From assembly GCA_016748015.1 (NCBI GenBank), contig JAAOMT010000694.1:310001-374000 (forward strand): 64,000 nucleotides of DNA, read 5' to 3'. The number at the start of each line of letters is the position of its first letter. The first letter of the stretch is position 1. A program made the translations under genes and the position numbers. Shown here one piece after another: positions 39,401-52,900 of the stretch. Source of the stretch: Geosiphon pyriformis uo1 (lineage: Eukaryota > Fungi > Glomeromycota). The notes under the pieces were generated by a model, which searched no databases, was not told the DNA's origin, and worked only from the letters and a program-made list of their open reading frames with translations.

Positions 39401-42400
39401 ATTTTTATATGGCTATTAACTAACTTGGATGCTTGTTATAAAAAACACAAGATTTTTAAATAAATTTATGTTCTAAAAATTACTAATACTTTTGTTATTT
39501 TTTTGATAATCATAATATATTTAGTTTTATGTATATTATTAACTTTTTTGCTATCACAAAATATTTTTTGTAACAAATTTGATAATAATTTTGTTAATAA
39601 TATTTTGTCCAAAAAGATGATTTATATAGTAAATTTGATTTTTTATTATTAAAACTGTAAAAATTGATGGTTTTTATATATAATAATTTAACATATTAAG
39701 TAAATAAAATAATTTATACAATTTTTCTCTTTTAAAGCTAATTTTAATAAATAGATTATGACAATTTACAAGAGAGAAAATCGAAAATTTTAATAAAATG
39801 TCTGTAAAAAACATCATAAAATAATTATTACCTAAATTTGAAACAGTTTATAATATTTTTAACAGATTATAGAAATTATTATTTTTTAATAAGCATTCTG
39901 ATTTTATCAAAAGCCAACAATATTTTTAATAAATATTTATTTAGCTTTTCCAACATAATTACAAGTTTTTTATAGTAAGCTGTTATTTTTTTTAAATGTT
40001 CTTAATTTAAGATCTTTTGATATTATTACTGTTTATGTTTTTTTAAATTGAGCTTGCAAATATTTTATTTGATAACAAACTGAAATTTTCAAAATTGCTA
40101 AGTTTTATCTTATCTTTAATATTGTTCTAAAAACTTTTTTGCAAGTTGAATATATTATTATAAATATAACTAATGAGAATATTAAATATATAATTATATG
40201 TTTTTTTTAATATTTTCTCATAAAATTAAAGTTGTATGTTTACAAACTCTAAATACTTGTAAAACAAAGCCACTAAAAAAATAAGCTTTTAAATATGTTT
40301 TTTTAGTGAGTTTATTAGCAATAACCAAATAATTTAGATAGCTGTTTAATTTAGAACTGTATAAATAAATATAAATAATTTAAATATTTTTTTTAACTGC
40401 TAATTTTTACAATAATTTGAACTTTTTTGTCTTGTTAATTTGTATTAGTAATATGTAAAAAGCATAAAACTGCTGTAGTATTTAATTTATTGTGTACTAT
40501 TTTAAATAATAATAAAAATATTAATATAATTTTTTTAAGATTTTATTAATGTACTTTTAAATATGCTTTTTAAGATATTATAATTTAGATTAAATTTTTG
40601 TGTATTGACACTAATTTACAAACCAGATGCTAAAATTTTTTCTATAAAATCAGCATTAAAATAAAAAACAAATAAATAAGTCCAATTTAACTAGTATTAT
40701 AAATTGTATTTTGAAATTTTATTTAAAAAAAATCTTTATTTTCTATTATTTAACCAGTTTTGCTATTTTTTTTAATATATATTACAATATATTTAAACTA
40801 TTTTTCTTATATTATTTTTTATTAATTCATACTGTTTCTTGTTTTTTTTAAAATAAGTCTATAATTTAACTCAGCTATATTTTAACTTTACCTAATTAAT
40901 AATATCTAAATGTTTCTTTTAAATAGTATTAATAACTTTCAAACTATTTTTTCAACAAATATATATTTATTGTTTGCTTATTTTATTGTGTTTTAAAGTA
41001 TTCTGTATAAATTTTATTGGTAATAACATCAAGATAATTTTTTAAATATTGAAAAATAAATTTCAAAATTTGTTTTTAGTTTATGTTGTTAAGTTTATAA
41101 ATATAAAAAAAAATATATAGTGTATATATTTATATTTTGTTGTATTTTCTTTTATTATGAAGTATATTATATTATAAAATAATTGTATACATTAAATTAA
41201 GTTGTCAAATTATTGTTTTTGTAATTAATATTTGATTATATAGCATAAAAAATACTATTTTTTGTCATTTTAAGTAATATATTTATAATAACTAATAGAT
41301 TTAATTTTACAAACAACAATTTATAAAGTATATATTCACTAAAACTATTAATAAATATTCTTATACTTTAGTTATTTTAATAAAATATTATTAAATATAT
41401 TATTATTTAGACTTAAATGTAAATTTGTAAATAATAAAATTATGCTTTATTTAAATATTTTTGAAAAGTTTAAGTATTATTAATTTTGTAAATATATGAA
41501 ACAATCTTTTTTTTTGCTTTTTTTTTAAAATATTTTTAATAATATTATAATTTTGTAATTTTATAATGATTTAATTTATATTAATTTTATATAAAGTTAA
41601 ATGTAATTGAAATTTAAATCAAATAAAGCTATTAAAATATTACATTTTTTAATTATATTAGTTATTTTAAGTTTATATAATCAAATTTTTACTTTGTTTA
41701 ATTTTGTTGTAATTTGTTTTAAATTATATTTAATCAAATTAACAAATAAATACAATGCTTTAGTTTAAAAAAAATTATTTTAATAAAAGTAAGCAAAATT
41801 TATAAATTATTTAGAACTTATTTTATCTAAAATTAATAAGATTAAAACAAATTACTTAGAATAATAAAAGAAAAAAAAGCAATATTGTTTAATATATATT
41901 CAAATTTAATAACAAAATAATTTTGTTAAAAAACAACTATTGAGAAAACAATTAATTAATAATATATTAAGATATAATTTAATATATAAAAAATTATAAC
42001 TTATATTAAAAAAAATACTAAACAATAAAATTATTAAAACCAAATAAAGTTAAATAACTATTTAATTAAATTAAAATTAACTTAATAGAATTTTTGTTTA
42101 TTATTATCAAAAACAACTAATTTATAATAATTATTTATTTTATTAAATAACAAAAAGCCAAAATTATAAAAAGAGTTAATGTAGAATTAATAACAGAATT
42201 TATTTATTAAGTTTTAATTTGTTAATATAAATATTTAAAAAATTTAATATTAAACCAATATATATATTTTTTAAATAACATATTAATAAAATTAAGCCAA
42301 AAATTTAATTATTGTTAAAGTTTTTGAGTTTTTATAAAAATAAATAATTAAAATAAATTAATATTATTTTGCATTAAATTATTTAAAGCTATTATTACAA

Positions 42401-45400
42401 ATTAAAATAATATGCTAATACATAACAAAAAAACAAATATTATATAGTAATAAAACAATTAACAGAAATAAATTATATTTTGTATAAATTTAATATATAT
42501 GTTTGTTTTATAAATATCTTAATTGCTAATTTTCACAAAAAGTTTTTAAACTAATATAGTTTTATGTTTTAATCAAAATTTTTAAAATTCAATAACAAAT
42601 ATTTTTTGTATTTTTTAGTAATTATTTATTTAACAATATTTTTTAAAAGTTAACAACATATATATTAAGAAAAAAAACTAAGATTTTTTGTTTTACATGT
42701 TTAGAATAAAAGATATAAGAATATTAAGTTATTAATTCTTAGACTATAAATTTATAATTAAATTAATAATTACATTATTAACTTTATTTTAAAATTAGAG
42801 TAGCTTATATATATAACTAAATATAATTGAATAATTAAAAATAATTGAATTATAACATTATAATATACTTATTAAAAACAACATATCTATAAGTTACAGT
42901 TATTTTAAAATTAAAATTAAAAATAATTTGCTCAAGTTTGAATTTAATAATTAGTAAATATAACTGATAAATTTTTTTTAAGCTAATAATTCTAAAAATA
43001 TTTTATTATTTGTTTTTAAATAAAACTTAAAGCAAACAACCTGAATAGATTGCAATATTAAATTTATGTTAAAATTAACAAATTTGCTGTTTTAAATGCA
43101 CAGTTATCAAAAATAATTATCTTAATTCTATTATTAATTACTTATATAATATTATTTATTCGTGTAATACTACTAATGCAAAAATACAAAAAAAATTTCC
43201 AAAAAATTTGAAGCTAGAAACTAGTTTTTAAAGCAATAAAAATATAGTGTTATTTACAGTATATTAAATTTTTACACAAATTTCACAAATATTATCAACA
43301 ATTTTGTTTAACAAAAAACCAAAAAAAACAATATTTTGTCTAAATTAATTTTTTTGTAAAAACTGTTTTATTTCATATAATGTCCAATATTATTAAAATT
43401 ATCTATTGTAATATATGTATTTAAAAAATTTCTTCAATTAAAAATTATTTAAAATTTTAAAATTCATATCAAGTTACATATACCAATTAAAATAACTCTA
43501 ATTTTACTCTAATCGAATGCAAAAAATTGATATTAAGAGCTTTAAAAATGCAAATTTTGGGAAAAAACTTATTTAATTAATGTCAAATTTGAACTAAATA
43601 TTTCGAAAACTAATTACTAATGTTAAAATTACAAATAATTACAAAATTTGGTTTTAAAATTACTATTTTTTGCAATAATTAAACTAAACTTGAAATCAAG
43701 CTTAAATAAAAAAAATCAATATTAAAATCAAAAATATTAATTTTGAATATACAAATAATATTACAATTTTTTTCCAACTTAACAAAACAAAACTAAAGTA
43801 TGCCACTGAAAACAATAAAAATTACTTAGTCACTTTTTTTTGCTCAAAATTACCAATTTTATTTTGGTTTCAAATTAAGAAAATTTTGCCCAAACCAAAC
43901 ACAAAAAAACTTAAAGTTTTGGTTTAATTAATTATCTTAATATAATTATTGAAAATTTTGTTATAAAATTAAGAAATTTTAATTAGATTAGTTTTAAATG
44001 AATTAGTATTAGTTATTAATTTATAGTGTAATAAAAATATTGAAAAAATATTTTTGTTCATTTTATTTTTAAATAAAAGAGATTTGTATTAGTAAATTGT
44101 ATTTTTTTAAAATATTTAAACTTCTTAATTATTATAAAATGTATTTTTTAAGTTTTATTTTTTGCAAAATTTTTAACAAATTTTTAAAATATTTATTGCC
44201 ATATAGTTTGAAATAATACATGATTTAATTATAATATTTAGTTGTATATGTAAATTATTACAAATTAAGTTATTGATAAAATAAAAGACAAAAATAATTA
44301 ATATAAATAATAAGATAAGAAAAATAATTTTATGCTAATTTTCGGTTCAAATAGATAACAGATAAACGAGAAACTACAAATAATGTAAAATTAATTAAAT
44401 ATGTTAACAATTTAATAAATATAATTAATTTGAAAAACTCAGTTGTTAATTTTTCCAAAAAAATTTGAAAATAGAAATAATGTTTATGATTTTTAACAAA
44501 AAATAATACATTGTTATAATTTTAATAATTTTAAAATTTCAGCAGTTATTTATTTAAGAAATTATAAAAGCAAGTTTTTTATTTATTAAGTTAATTTTAA
44601 CAAAATACAAATTAAAAAAAATTAATTGCAGAAACTTGATTTCTATCTTCTTTGAAATTTATTGCCTCAAAAAAGAATTGTATAAAAGATATAAGATGTA
44701 AGGTTTAAGGTTTTAGGTTGGATGTGAAAAAGTAGTTTTCTTCTGGAAAAAATTTTTTAATTAAATTCCCTGCTAAAATGCAAGAAATATTTAAAAAATA
44801 ACAAAACCCAAGTAAGGCCCTTATAAAATGCCTATCTTAATCTATTTGTTTAAAATTTTGTTTTTATAAAAATTTCTTTGTCGAAATTAATGAAGTTTTT
44901 TGATTTTAGGATCCTGTTAATTATTTTTTTAAAAAAAACAATGTAATACTTTACTTTCAATTAAGAGCATGTTATTACTGGAAAGTTATATTGAAAAAAA
45001 AAATTTTGAATGTGGAAATTGCCAATTATTATTTGTTGAAATTTATTTTGCAGCATAAAATTTTTTAGAATATTTTGTACTTTAAGTTTTATTAAAAAAT
45101 TTAATTTTTTACCAAACTCCTTAGATTTGCTAAAAATAATAGTATTATAGTAAATTTTTCTATTCAGTTACTATATATTAATTATATAGGATAATATTTT
45201 ACTTTAAAAATAAATTTTTGACTTGATTATTGACTCAATTGTTTAAACTTTTTTAGAAAAATTTAATTAACATAGTCTAAAATTTCTAAATCTCTTTCTT
45301 ATTATTCCAAATTTTATTTATTAAATATAATTAGCTTTAAAATAAATAAAAACTATTTGTAATTTTCAATCTTTGTTGATTAAATTTGATTTTTTTTATT

Positions 45401-46250
45401 GAATAATTTACAATATTTAATTCAAAAGCTCTTTTTTTTATTATCTCACTTATTTTATTGTTTTTAATCCTTTATATATGTTTTTATCTTTTAGTTTCAA
45501 ATTTAAATTAAATCAAAAATTTATTTTTAATTAACTAATAAATCAAAATTAATATTATTTAAAAATTTGGTCTTTAATATACAATTTTAAAAGTATTTAT
45601 AGAAAATATGTAGATATATTTTAAATCACATTTTTTATTTGTTTATAATTAATCAAAGTATTTATTAATTTTATACAAAAATAATATTTAATTATCAAAT
45701 TTTCATAAAATATATTTAGAAAGATCATTCCAAGCTTGTTTAAATACAATTTAAGTTCTGGATAATTAAATAATAGTGTGAAATATGACAAAAATCATAA
45801 CTATAAAAGATTCTCTGTTAACTTTGGAATCATATAGAATGATATTTTTTGTGTAAAATATTTTCTATTAAATCCTTATTGGAATTGTGTGAAAACATTT
45901 TTTCAGAAAAAAAAATTTTTTTAATATTTTAATTTTTATAATTTGACTTGTTTTTTATGATGTGTTTTAATTATTGCAAATTTATATTGGAATGTAAAAT
46001 TACAATTTATTGTATGTCCAGAATAGATTTTTTATACATAAGTATGATAATAGTTTATTATTTAAATAAGAGCTTCTTTTAATTTTATTAAGTAAATAAA
46101 TGAATAACTAAATAACACAATTAATTCAAAAAATTGATAATCTAGATATTTAATAGATAAGCTAATCAAAAAATTTAGAATAAAAGGAATTAGAAAAAAA
46201 ATATGAAATTTACACTTTAAAAAATGAGGATATTTATATAATATAATAAA
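36500..46250. other. Hyper-AT-rich tract, probably end-stage mutated repeats
   Basis: Nearly no G/C, no credible ORF, no simple satellite periodicity. Confidence 0.55.
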
Positions 46251-47139
46251 GATCTGTTTCCATAAATGATCAAAAAAAGAAAAAGAAAACATCTATTGGA
46301 CTCAAGTAATTTGCCTGAATGTTTGGAGGCACTTTTGGCCATGAAATATGAACACCATGTTTTTTATGCTGTGACCATTTATATTATTCAGTCTAATATA
46401 TTAATTTTCACATAAAAGATATGCATCCTATGGTTTTAAGAGGGATGTGAATTTAATTTCCCATACTGATTGTATTTAGCCATTTTAGGATAATCAAGTC
46501 AAAAAAAATGAGTCATGAAGATCTGCTTAATATTATATTAGTCTGCATAATATTATAAAAAGTTTCAAAAAGTAATGCTTTGTTTTTAATAATTACATAT
46601 TAAAAACTCAGAAGATATCTTCAAATTAATTTTATTAAAAAAGTCTAGTTAACTCCATCCTTGTATTCTTGAATTCTTGTTTTCGTGTTTTCATGTGAAA
46701 AACAAACACGTAATTTTTGATAAACTTAGAAGCAGTAACATATATAAAAAGGTGTTCTCTGCCTTTAAGCAAAATTTTATCCTATATGGGATTACTTTTA
46801 TTTTTATTGGCAATGAATTACCAATGTCTACTAATTCACAAACACAATAGTTATAACCAATATGACTAACAACTCACCACTTATGACTCACAAATTCAAA
46901 AAACACTAAAAAAATCTAAGAGAGATTTATTTTTGTCTCCAGTTGTACTGATAATTGCAGCAGATCTCTAAGATTAAAACCTTTAGGTAAGAGTGTTGAC
47001 ATATCTTTTCTAGCTCTAAGTATTGGGTAAAAAAGGAGAGTATTTTTTAATGGAAGAACTCCAACCTTAACCAAAAAAACTCAACCAAGCATGGAGTTTC
47101 CAACTTCTTTATATCACCAAATGTGGTGTTCTCTAATCA

Positions 47140-47290
47140 TTGTACATGCACCTATTCTGCCGAATGTTTATTTTCACTTATGGTCTATGAAATAAATTGT
47201 TATACTTCTGTGCATGTACCCATTTTGCCAAATGTCTGCTTCCACTTATGATCAATGACAATAATTGTTATTGTTTCCACTTATGGTTAT
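47140..47290. repeat. Degenerate ~70-bp tandem duplication (..GCCRAATGT..CACTTATG..AATTGTTAT)
   Basis: Two copies plus a partial third TTCCACTTATGG. Confidence 0.7.
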
Positions 47291-47301
47291 TGATGTACAT
47301 C

Positions 47302-47399
47302 ATGGATTAAACTGTCCCTATCTACTATTTAGTGAATAGAATGGGCTTGGCAAATTAGCAAAAAAAAAAGACCCTATTGAGATTAACACTAGTTTAATA
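47302..47399 (+). pseudogene. Degenerate ~100-bp fragment of nuclear 25S/28S rRNA gene
   Basis: ATGGATTAA/ACTGTCCCTATCTACTATtTAGtGAA/GAAtGGGCTTGGCA..AAGACCCTaTTGAG..CTAGTTT matches the conserved LSU segment, with two short deletions and mostly C>T/G>A changes. Confidence 0.85.
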
Positions 47400-47425
47400 C
47401 CAACAATTGACGGATAAATACTGCT

Positions 47426-47700
47426 TACCAATAATTCACAAATTCAACATTTGAATAACCACTGGCCATCAAAAATGTGCAAATTCAATCTTTGAATAAC
47501 CACTGCCCACCAAAAATGCGTGATTTCAAATATAACCACCACTCACCAATAATTCACAACTCAACATTTCAATAATTACTGGTTACCAAAAATGTGTAAA
47601 TTCAACATTCAAATATAACCATCACCCAACAGTAATTCACAATTCAACATTCGAATAACCATGCTCACTAGCAATTTGCAATCCAACATTTGAATAACCA
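47426..47700. repeat. ~40-bp minisatellite, 7 units, core ATTCAACATTTGAATAACCA
   Basis: Read directly; two linker types recur (CCAATAATTCACAA / CCAAAAATGYGYAA). Confidence 0.85.
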
Positions 47701-47809
47701 ATGAATATAGAATAGAAATTCATAAACAATTAATCATAAAATAACTGAATTAAATTTTAGGGTTAGGTAATAAGGAATTGATAATTGTTAGTCTGTTATT
47801 TATGCCTTG

Positions 47810-47920
47810 TAAGAATAAAGAGTGGGAGGGGAGTAGTTTAAGATTTCTTACAAGAATGAAAAGTGGGAGGGGGTAGTTGTAGTTTAAGATTTCTTACAAG
47901 AGTGAAGAGTGGAAGAAGGT
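47810..47920. repeat. ~45-bp direct repeat x2.5 (AGTGGGAGGGG..GTAGTTTAAGATTTCTTACAAGA)
   Basis: Read directly. Confidence 0.8.
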
Positions 47921-48792
47921 AGCCACATTTGTCAATTATCTTTTCTATATCCATCTAGTCTATATAGGAATAAAACTTTATCAGTATATAACAAAGTTAT
48001 CAGGGAAGGGTTTTTACAATGGCAAAATTGTTTACCCATTGCCAATTCTGATAACCTCTTCTTATTTACTGTTTATTGTTTAAGCCTATTGAAATTTAAT
48101 TCAGAAATTTGAAATGATCGATATAAAATATTTAAGAAACCGAATGTATAATAAACTATTGTAATTAATATAAGTATTTTTAAATGATAATAGTTCGGTA
48201 ATAAATATAAGAATTGCTAATATTAGCTTAAGTCCAAACAATAATAACTTTATTTTTAAACCACTGATCAAATATCCTTGAGACCTTTTTTACACAAGTT
48301 CGGATTAAAATATTAAAATTAGGTAATATTGAGCATGCTTAATATATTTTTTCACCGTGTAAAACGAAAACCCTCTGCCCTTGCTATCGAAATATATTAA
48401 TTTGGTCAGCACGAATAAAATATTTTATGGTCAGTATTAATTCGGAAATATTTTTATGTCCATAAGTTTTAAATGAGAAAAATGTGGGTGTTTATTTTAA
48501 TTAAAACCATAATTTTAAATTGAAAACAAATTTTATTGGGATTTGATAATTTTATTTTAATTTGGCTCAAATTAAATCCACGCTAAAATAATTTTCAATG
48601 AAGGCAAGGCTAAAATAAAATTTTAATTACTTCAATTTTTTGAACCTTTTCATTTAAAAATAGCGAAGCCTTAAATTTATTAAAAAAAGGCAATAGACAA
48701 TATATCTAAATAAATATTTTCTAGAAAAATTAATTATCGGGATTAAATTTAATTTTAGTGTCCTTATTTTTGATAGTAAAAAAAATGGTCAT

Positions 48793-49980
48793 TTAAGAAT
48801 GATTGACCGTTACCATAGGAGGACATTGTGATATCCTTTGTCCTAAATAAGGACCAATATGTGATGGGAAAGATTCTTCATTCGATGCATTCTCGGTTCC
48901 ACCATTGCATTCCTAAATATATAAAAAATGGTTAATAATTGTTAAAGAATTGTTCAGATCAAAAACAAATTTTCGATTCTATAACAACTAACTTTGCTTT
49001 TTAACTTTATCCCGCTCGTGGTTTTGAGGCCTGGGCATAAATAAATGTCCGATTATTATCGGAAGTAGCACAGCCACAATCTTTTGGCGATATCCAAAGC
49101 TCCTGTCCATGGTGTAAATATTGTGCTTTCTGATAACTCATTGGATACTTGGGTATAAAATTATTATAATATGTCACTCTATATATTTTTAGATTCTTAA
49201 AGGAGCTTAAGAGCGAATTGGTAGTTTCCCGAATCGAGGTTCACCATATGTGTAAACTTCAATTTGAGATAATTCAGGCGCTTTTACTGTCAAGAGTTCG
49301 AAAGCTCCAAGTACAACAAACACTAAAAATTAATGTCAATTAGATGAGTCTTGTCGAGAAATTCGATCAAAATATAAATATTTATGTACCACCACCAAGC
49401 CCATGTCCAACAAAACTCAAATTATGTGCTGGCGGAATTCCTTTTCGTCTATGGCCAATTTGACGCCTTAACTCTGTCCACCCAAGTTGAGATTTAAGGG
49501 AAAAATTTTCATCGATCATCAGATCATTTATACTTTTGTATCGCGTTTGGAGTAGTTTTTCCGAGGTAACTTCAAAATCTAACTCTTTGGCACGAATCTG
49601 GATCAAGAAAATTTGGTTTTTACGTATGCGTGTTATTTTCACTAAGATAGATGATTGAGATTTGAATTTTAAAAAAAAGAAATTTTGGGGAATTAATCAT
49701 AAAGTAAGTAATATAATGTATATAATGTAAGATGCTAATACCATAAATTCAAGATGCTTCACTAGCGAAAAGACTGAATTTTTTCAATTTTTTCATAAAC
49801 AGATTATCCGATCGGGGTAAACCTTTTTTTAGATGATATGTTGCTTATATGACGCTTCGATCGGTTCCAATAGCCATAATAATCATAATCGCTTTCATGA
49901 GATAAATTTTACTTGAGTGTTGAACTACACTTTTCTAATGATTCTACTCGAATTTAACTATATTATTGACTTTAATCTAA
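48793..49980 (-). pseudogene. Class-3 lipase-like pseudogene; exons ~49980-49742, 49641-49390, 49322-48993, 48912-48793
   Basis: FVGHGLGG|V, EVYTYGEPRFG, YRVTYYNNFIP, YLHHGQELWI..DCGC, ECNGG..SHIGPYLG; GT-AG introns at the same positions as the 62-64 kb gene. About three frameshifts in exon 3; start unclear. Confidence 0.85.
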
Positions 49981-52900
49981 AGATAAAAAAATATTTAATT
50001 TTTACTTTTCAATTTTTTTTTATAATTTCGAAGGTTTTGCTCATATGGTTAATAAAAAAATAAATAGTCAAATCTATAACTAGATTTTCAACTGTGATAT
50101 TATAATTAACAAAAACTAAATTGTTTTTACAATTAATTTCTTTTTAATAAAAATAATTAATAGCCTCAAAATCAATCAGCCATTAGCTCTGTTGAATTAA
50201 TTAACTGTCTTTATTTTTAAAATCCAAAATTAATTTTTTTTTTAGAAATTAAATTATTTTGCTTGTAATATTAATAATGCTTGATTTAAATATAATTTAA
50301 CAACAAAACTTTGAAAATTTATTCTTATTACATTGGAGTAGTTTCAAAATAGTCTTTTTACAAAACTTTCAAAAAAAAGTCTGTAAACCTTTTTTTATTA
50401 GGGTAAATATTGCTTGTTTAATTATCTTTTGGAAAATCAGAGTAATACGATAGCAAAAATTTTATTACCCTTGATTTACATAATATAAATCTTAGATTTT
50501 GCAAATTCCGATAGCCCTATGAATAGTTTTTAACTTATATTTCTTGATTAAAAATCTTTTTAGAAATTGAATTGAACTTTTTTTAAGCAAAAATTCTCTT
50601 AATAAGCAGATAATTTTTTAAGCATTTTTTCCAAATAACCTTTTTAATCTTATATAAAGTTCAATATATAAGTTTTTTTTTTACAATAAATTTTATTTAT
50701 GAATAAAACTGATAGTATTGAGACACATAAAGCATTTGAATGTGGTTTTAGCCTGGCATTTTCTGTAAAGTCTCTTACAAATAATGGCACATATTACTCT
50801 AATCAATGTCTCTCAATATATTAATGACAAAATAATCTTAAGTTTTTCTAAAATTATGGAACTGGGTTTGAATATAGTATTAGCAGAGATCAAATCTCTT
50901 TCTTAGAAAGTGGTTCTGTATTAGATATTACTCTGTTGGTTACTAAACCTGAATTTAATAAACCATAGAATTTTAATTAAGAATCCTCTTGGTTCACTCA
51001 GGATTTTTCATGATTTTTTAAACAAATGTTGCTTTTGCCTACCTCTGGTTAGAATTTGGGTAATTTTCTTTATGACTTCTTGCTAAATAATACCATTTAG
51101 GAAGCTTATAAGGTAGGCAAGGATTCGAATATTACTGTCTTTCAAGTTGGTTTACTGAAATTTAAAATATATTCGAAATGAATATATTTTTCAAACTTTT
51201 CTCTCTTCATTTTTGGTGGACCAGTTTTTGCAAAGCTTACTTTATCATAGATAAAGTATTTAATAATTCTACAGTCGATTCAACATTACCTTTACCAAAT
51301 GATATGATTATCCTGTGGTCTAATAAACCTACATTATTCAAATTAAAATGTCAGTAAAAAATGTTTTCATATATCAAAAAAATGAGGTTACTTTGAATTT
51401 ATAATAAAACTTCCAGCATAATTGCCATATTGTTTATTAGAAACAAATGGAAAAACAATATCAGTTACAGTAATAAAAAGTGCTTTTAACATATCTAACA
51501 CACAATATTTTGCTAAAAATGATTGGATAATAGCAGGTAACTCGAATTTTATAATGAAATTTCAAGTACAGTTACCCTATTTCTAATCCAGATGAAAGAA
51601 AAATTGAATAAAATCTATCTGATATATTCTAAATTTGAGTTTTTATTTTATAAAAATATTAGCCTTATACATTGGTTTCTTACGTTTAACCCCGGACTGT
51701 AATTTCTTTTTCAAAAGGGCTTTCAAAAATAGAGACTAAAAAATTTATTGAGCAACTGCATATCAAATTATTCTGACTGAACTTAACACAAATTAGAATG
51801 TCAAATTCCCAGTTAATCATTTTCACTAATCAAAATACTTCAAAATAGTAATTCATTAGAAATTGCTAATAATTTAAATACAATGGTTCAAAATAAAGCT
51901 ATTAATGTACATTAATTTGAGTCTTAATATTGCATTTATTTTAAGAAATAAAAAAGAGTTGAAAAGGGAATCTATCGAAATCATTGATCATAAGATTGAT
52001 AACCGAGATTAGTATAATCAGGCCAAGAAATTTTACGACTCCATAGTTCTTTCAAAAGTGATTTAAGATAATTGGTTCACTCCCATTAGCATTCATTCAC
52101 ATACGAGTTTTTTATATGAAGCTTTCCGGTTTCAACTTAAACATCGATAAGCATGAATTAATCTTCAAGATTTAATTTTAATCAAATCGTATGTCATATA
52201 ATCCTTTTTTTAACAAATAATTTTTTCAGCAAAATTTGGGAAGAATATAAATTTTATCTAATTGAAATTGCTATTATTCCAATAATATTGATATCTCTAT
52301 ATTTTAATAGGAAGTAAAAAAAATCCCAAGATATGTGTTTTTTTGTAGTTAAATTGTATTTTAAATTATAATTTAATTGGATATTTAATAATTTTTTATT
52401 CATTTAAGGTAATAGTTTTGCATTTTTTTCGTTACATTGGTCCTAGTCGATATTGTAATTAATATCATATTCACTACTTCTATCATTTAAATTTTGTTTC
52501 AAGAAAATTATTTTTTAAAATGTAAAAATAAGATTTAGAGAAAATAAAGCAAAAAATATTATGTTATTAATTATTTAATAGGTTTATTTTTTGAACAATC
52601 GGAATTTTAATTCAAGTCAATAAAAAAAAGAAAGTTTTGCAATTTTTAAATATATAAGAAGATAATGATCTAATGTTTAATGGAAATCTGTTTTATTAAA
52701 GAGTTACTGCCTTAAAGCTGAGGTTATGTTTTGTTTGAAAAATTTTATTCTTTTTGATTCTCTCAAAGCTTTTATATTGAATAATTATTAAAGTATTTTT
52801 ATATTATCGCACGTAAAAACCAAAACACAATCTAAAGTTTATAATTTTAATTAGAGGAAACATAAGTATACATTTAAAATTTATATTTCTAATGCTATTA

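Noticed and set aside
47426-47700. CRISPR-like repeat-spacer array
   Set aside because: Linkers recur in two types, cores are degenerate, there are no cas genes and the context is eukaryotic; it is a minisatellite
47755-47770. True telomere
   Set aside because: Fewer than two full TTAGGG units and internal to the window
50700-52200. Moderately G/C-rich stretch as a gene relic
   Set aside because: No frame yields a recognisable motif, so no call can be supported
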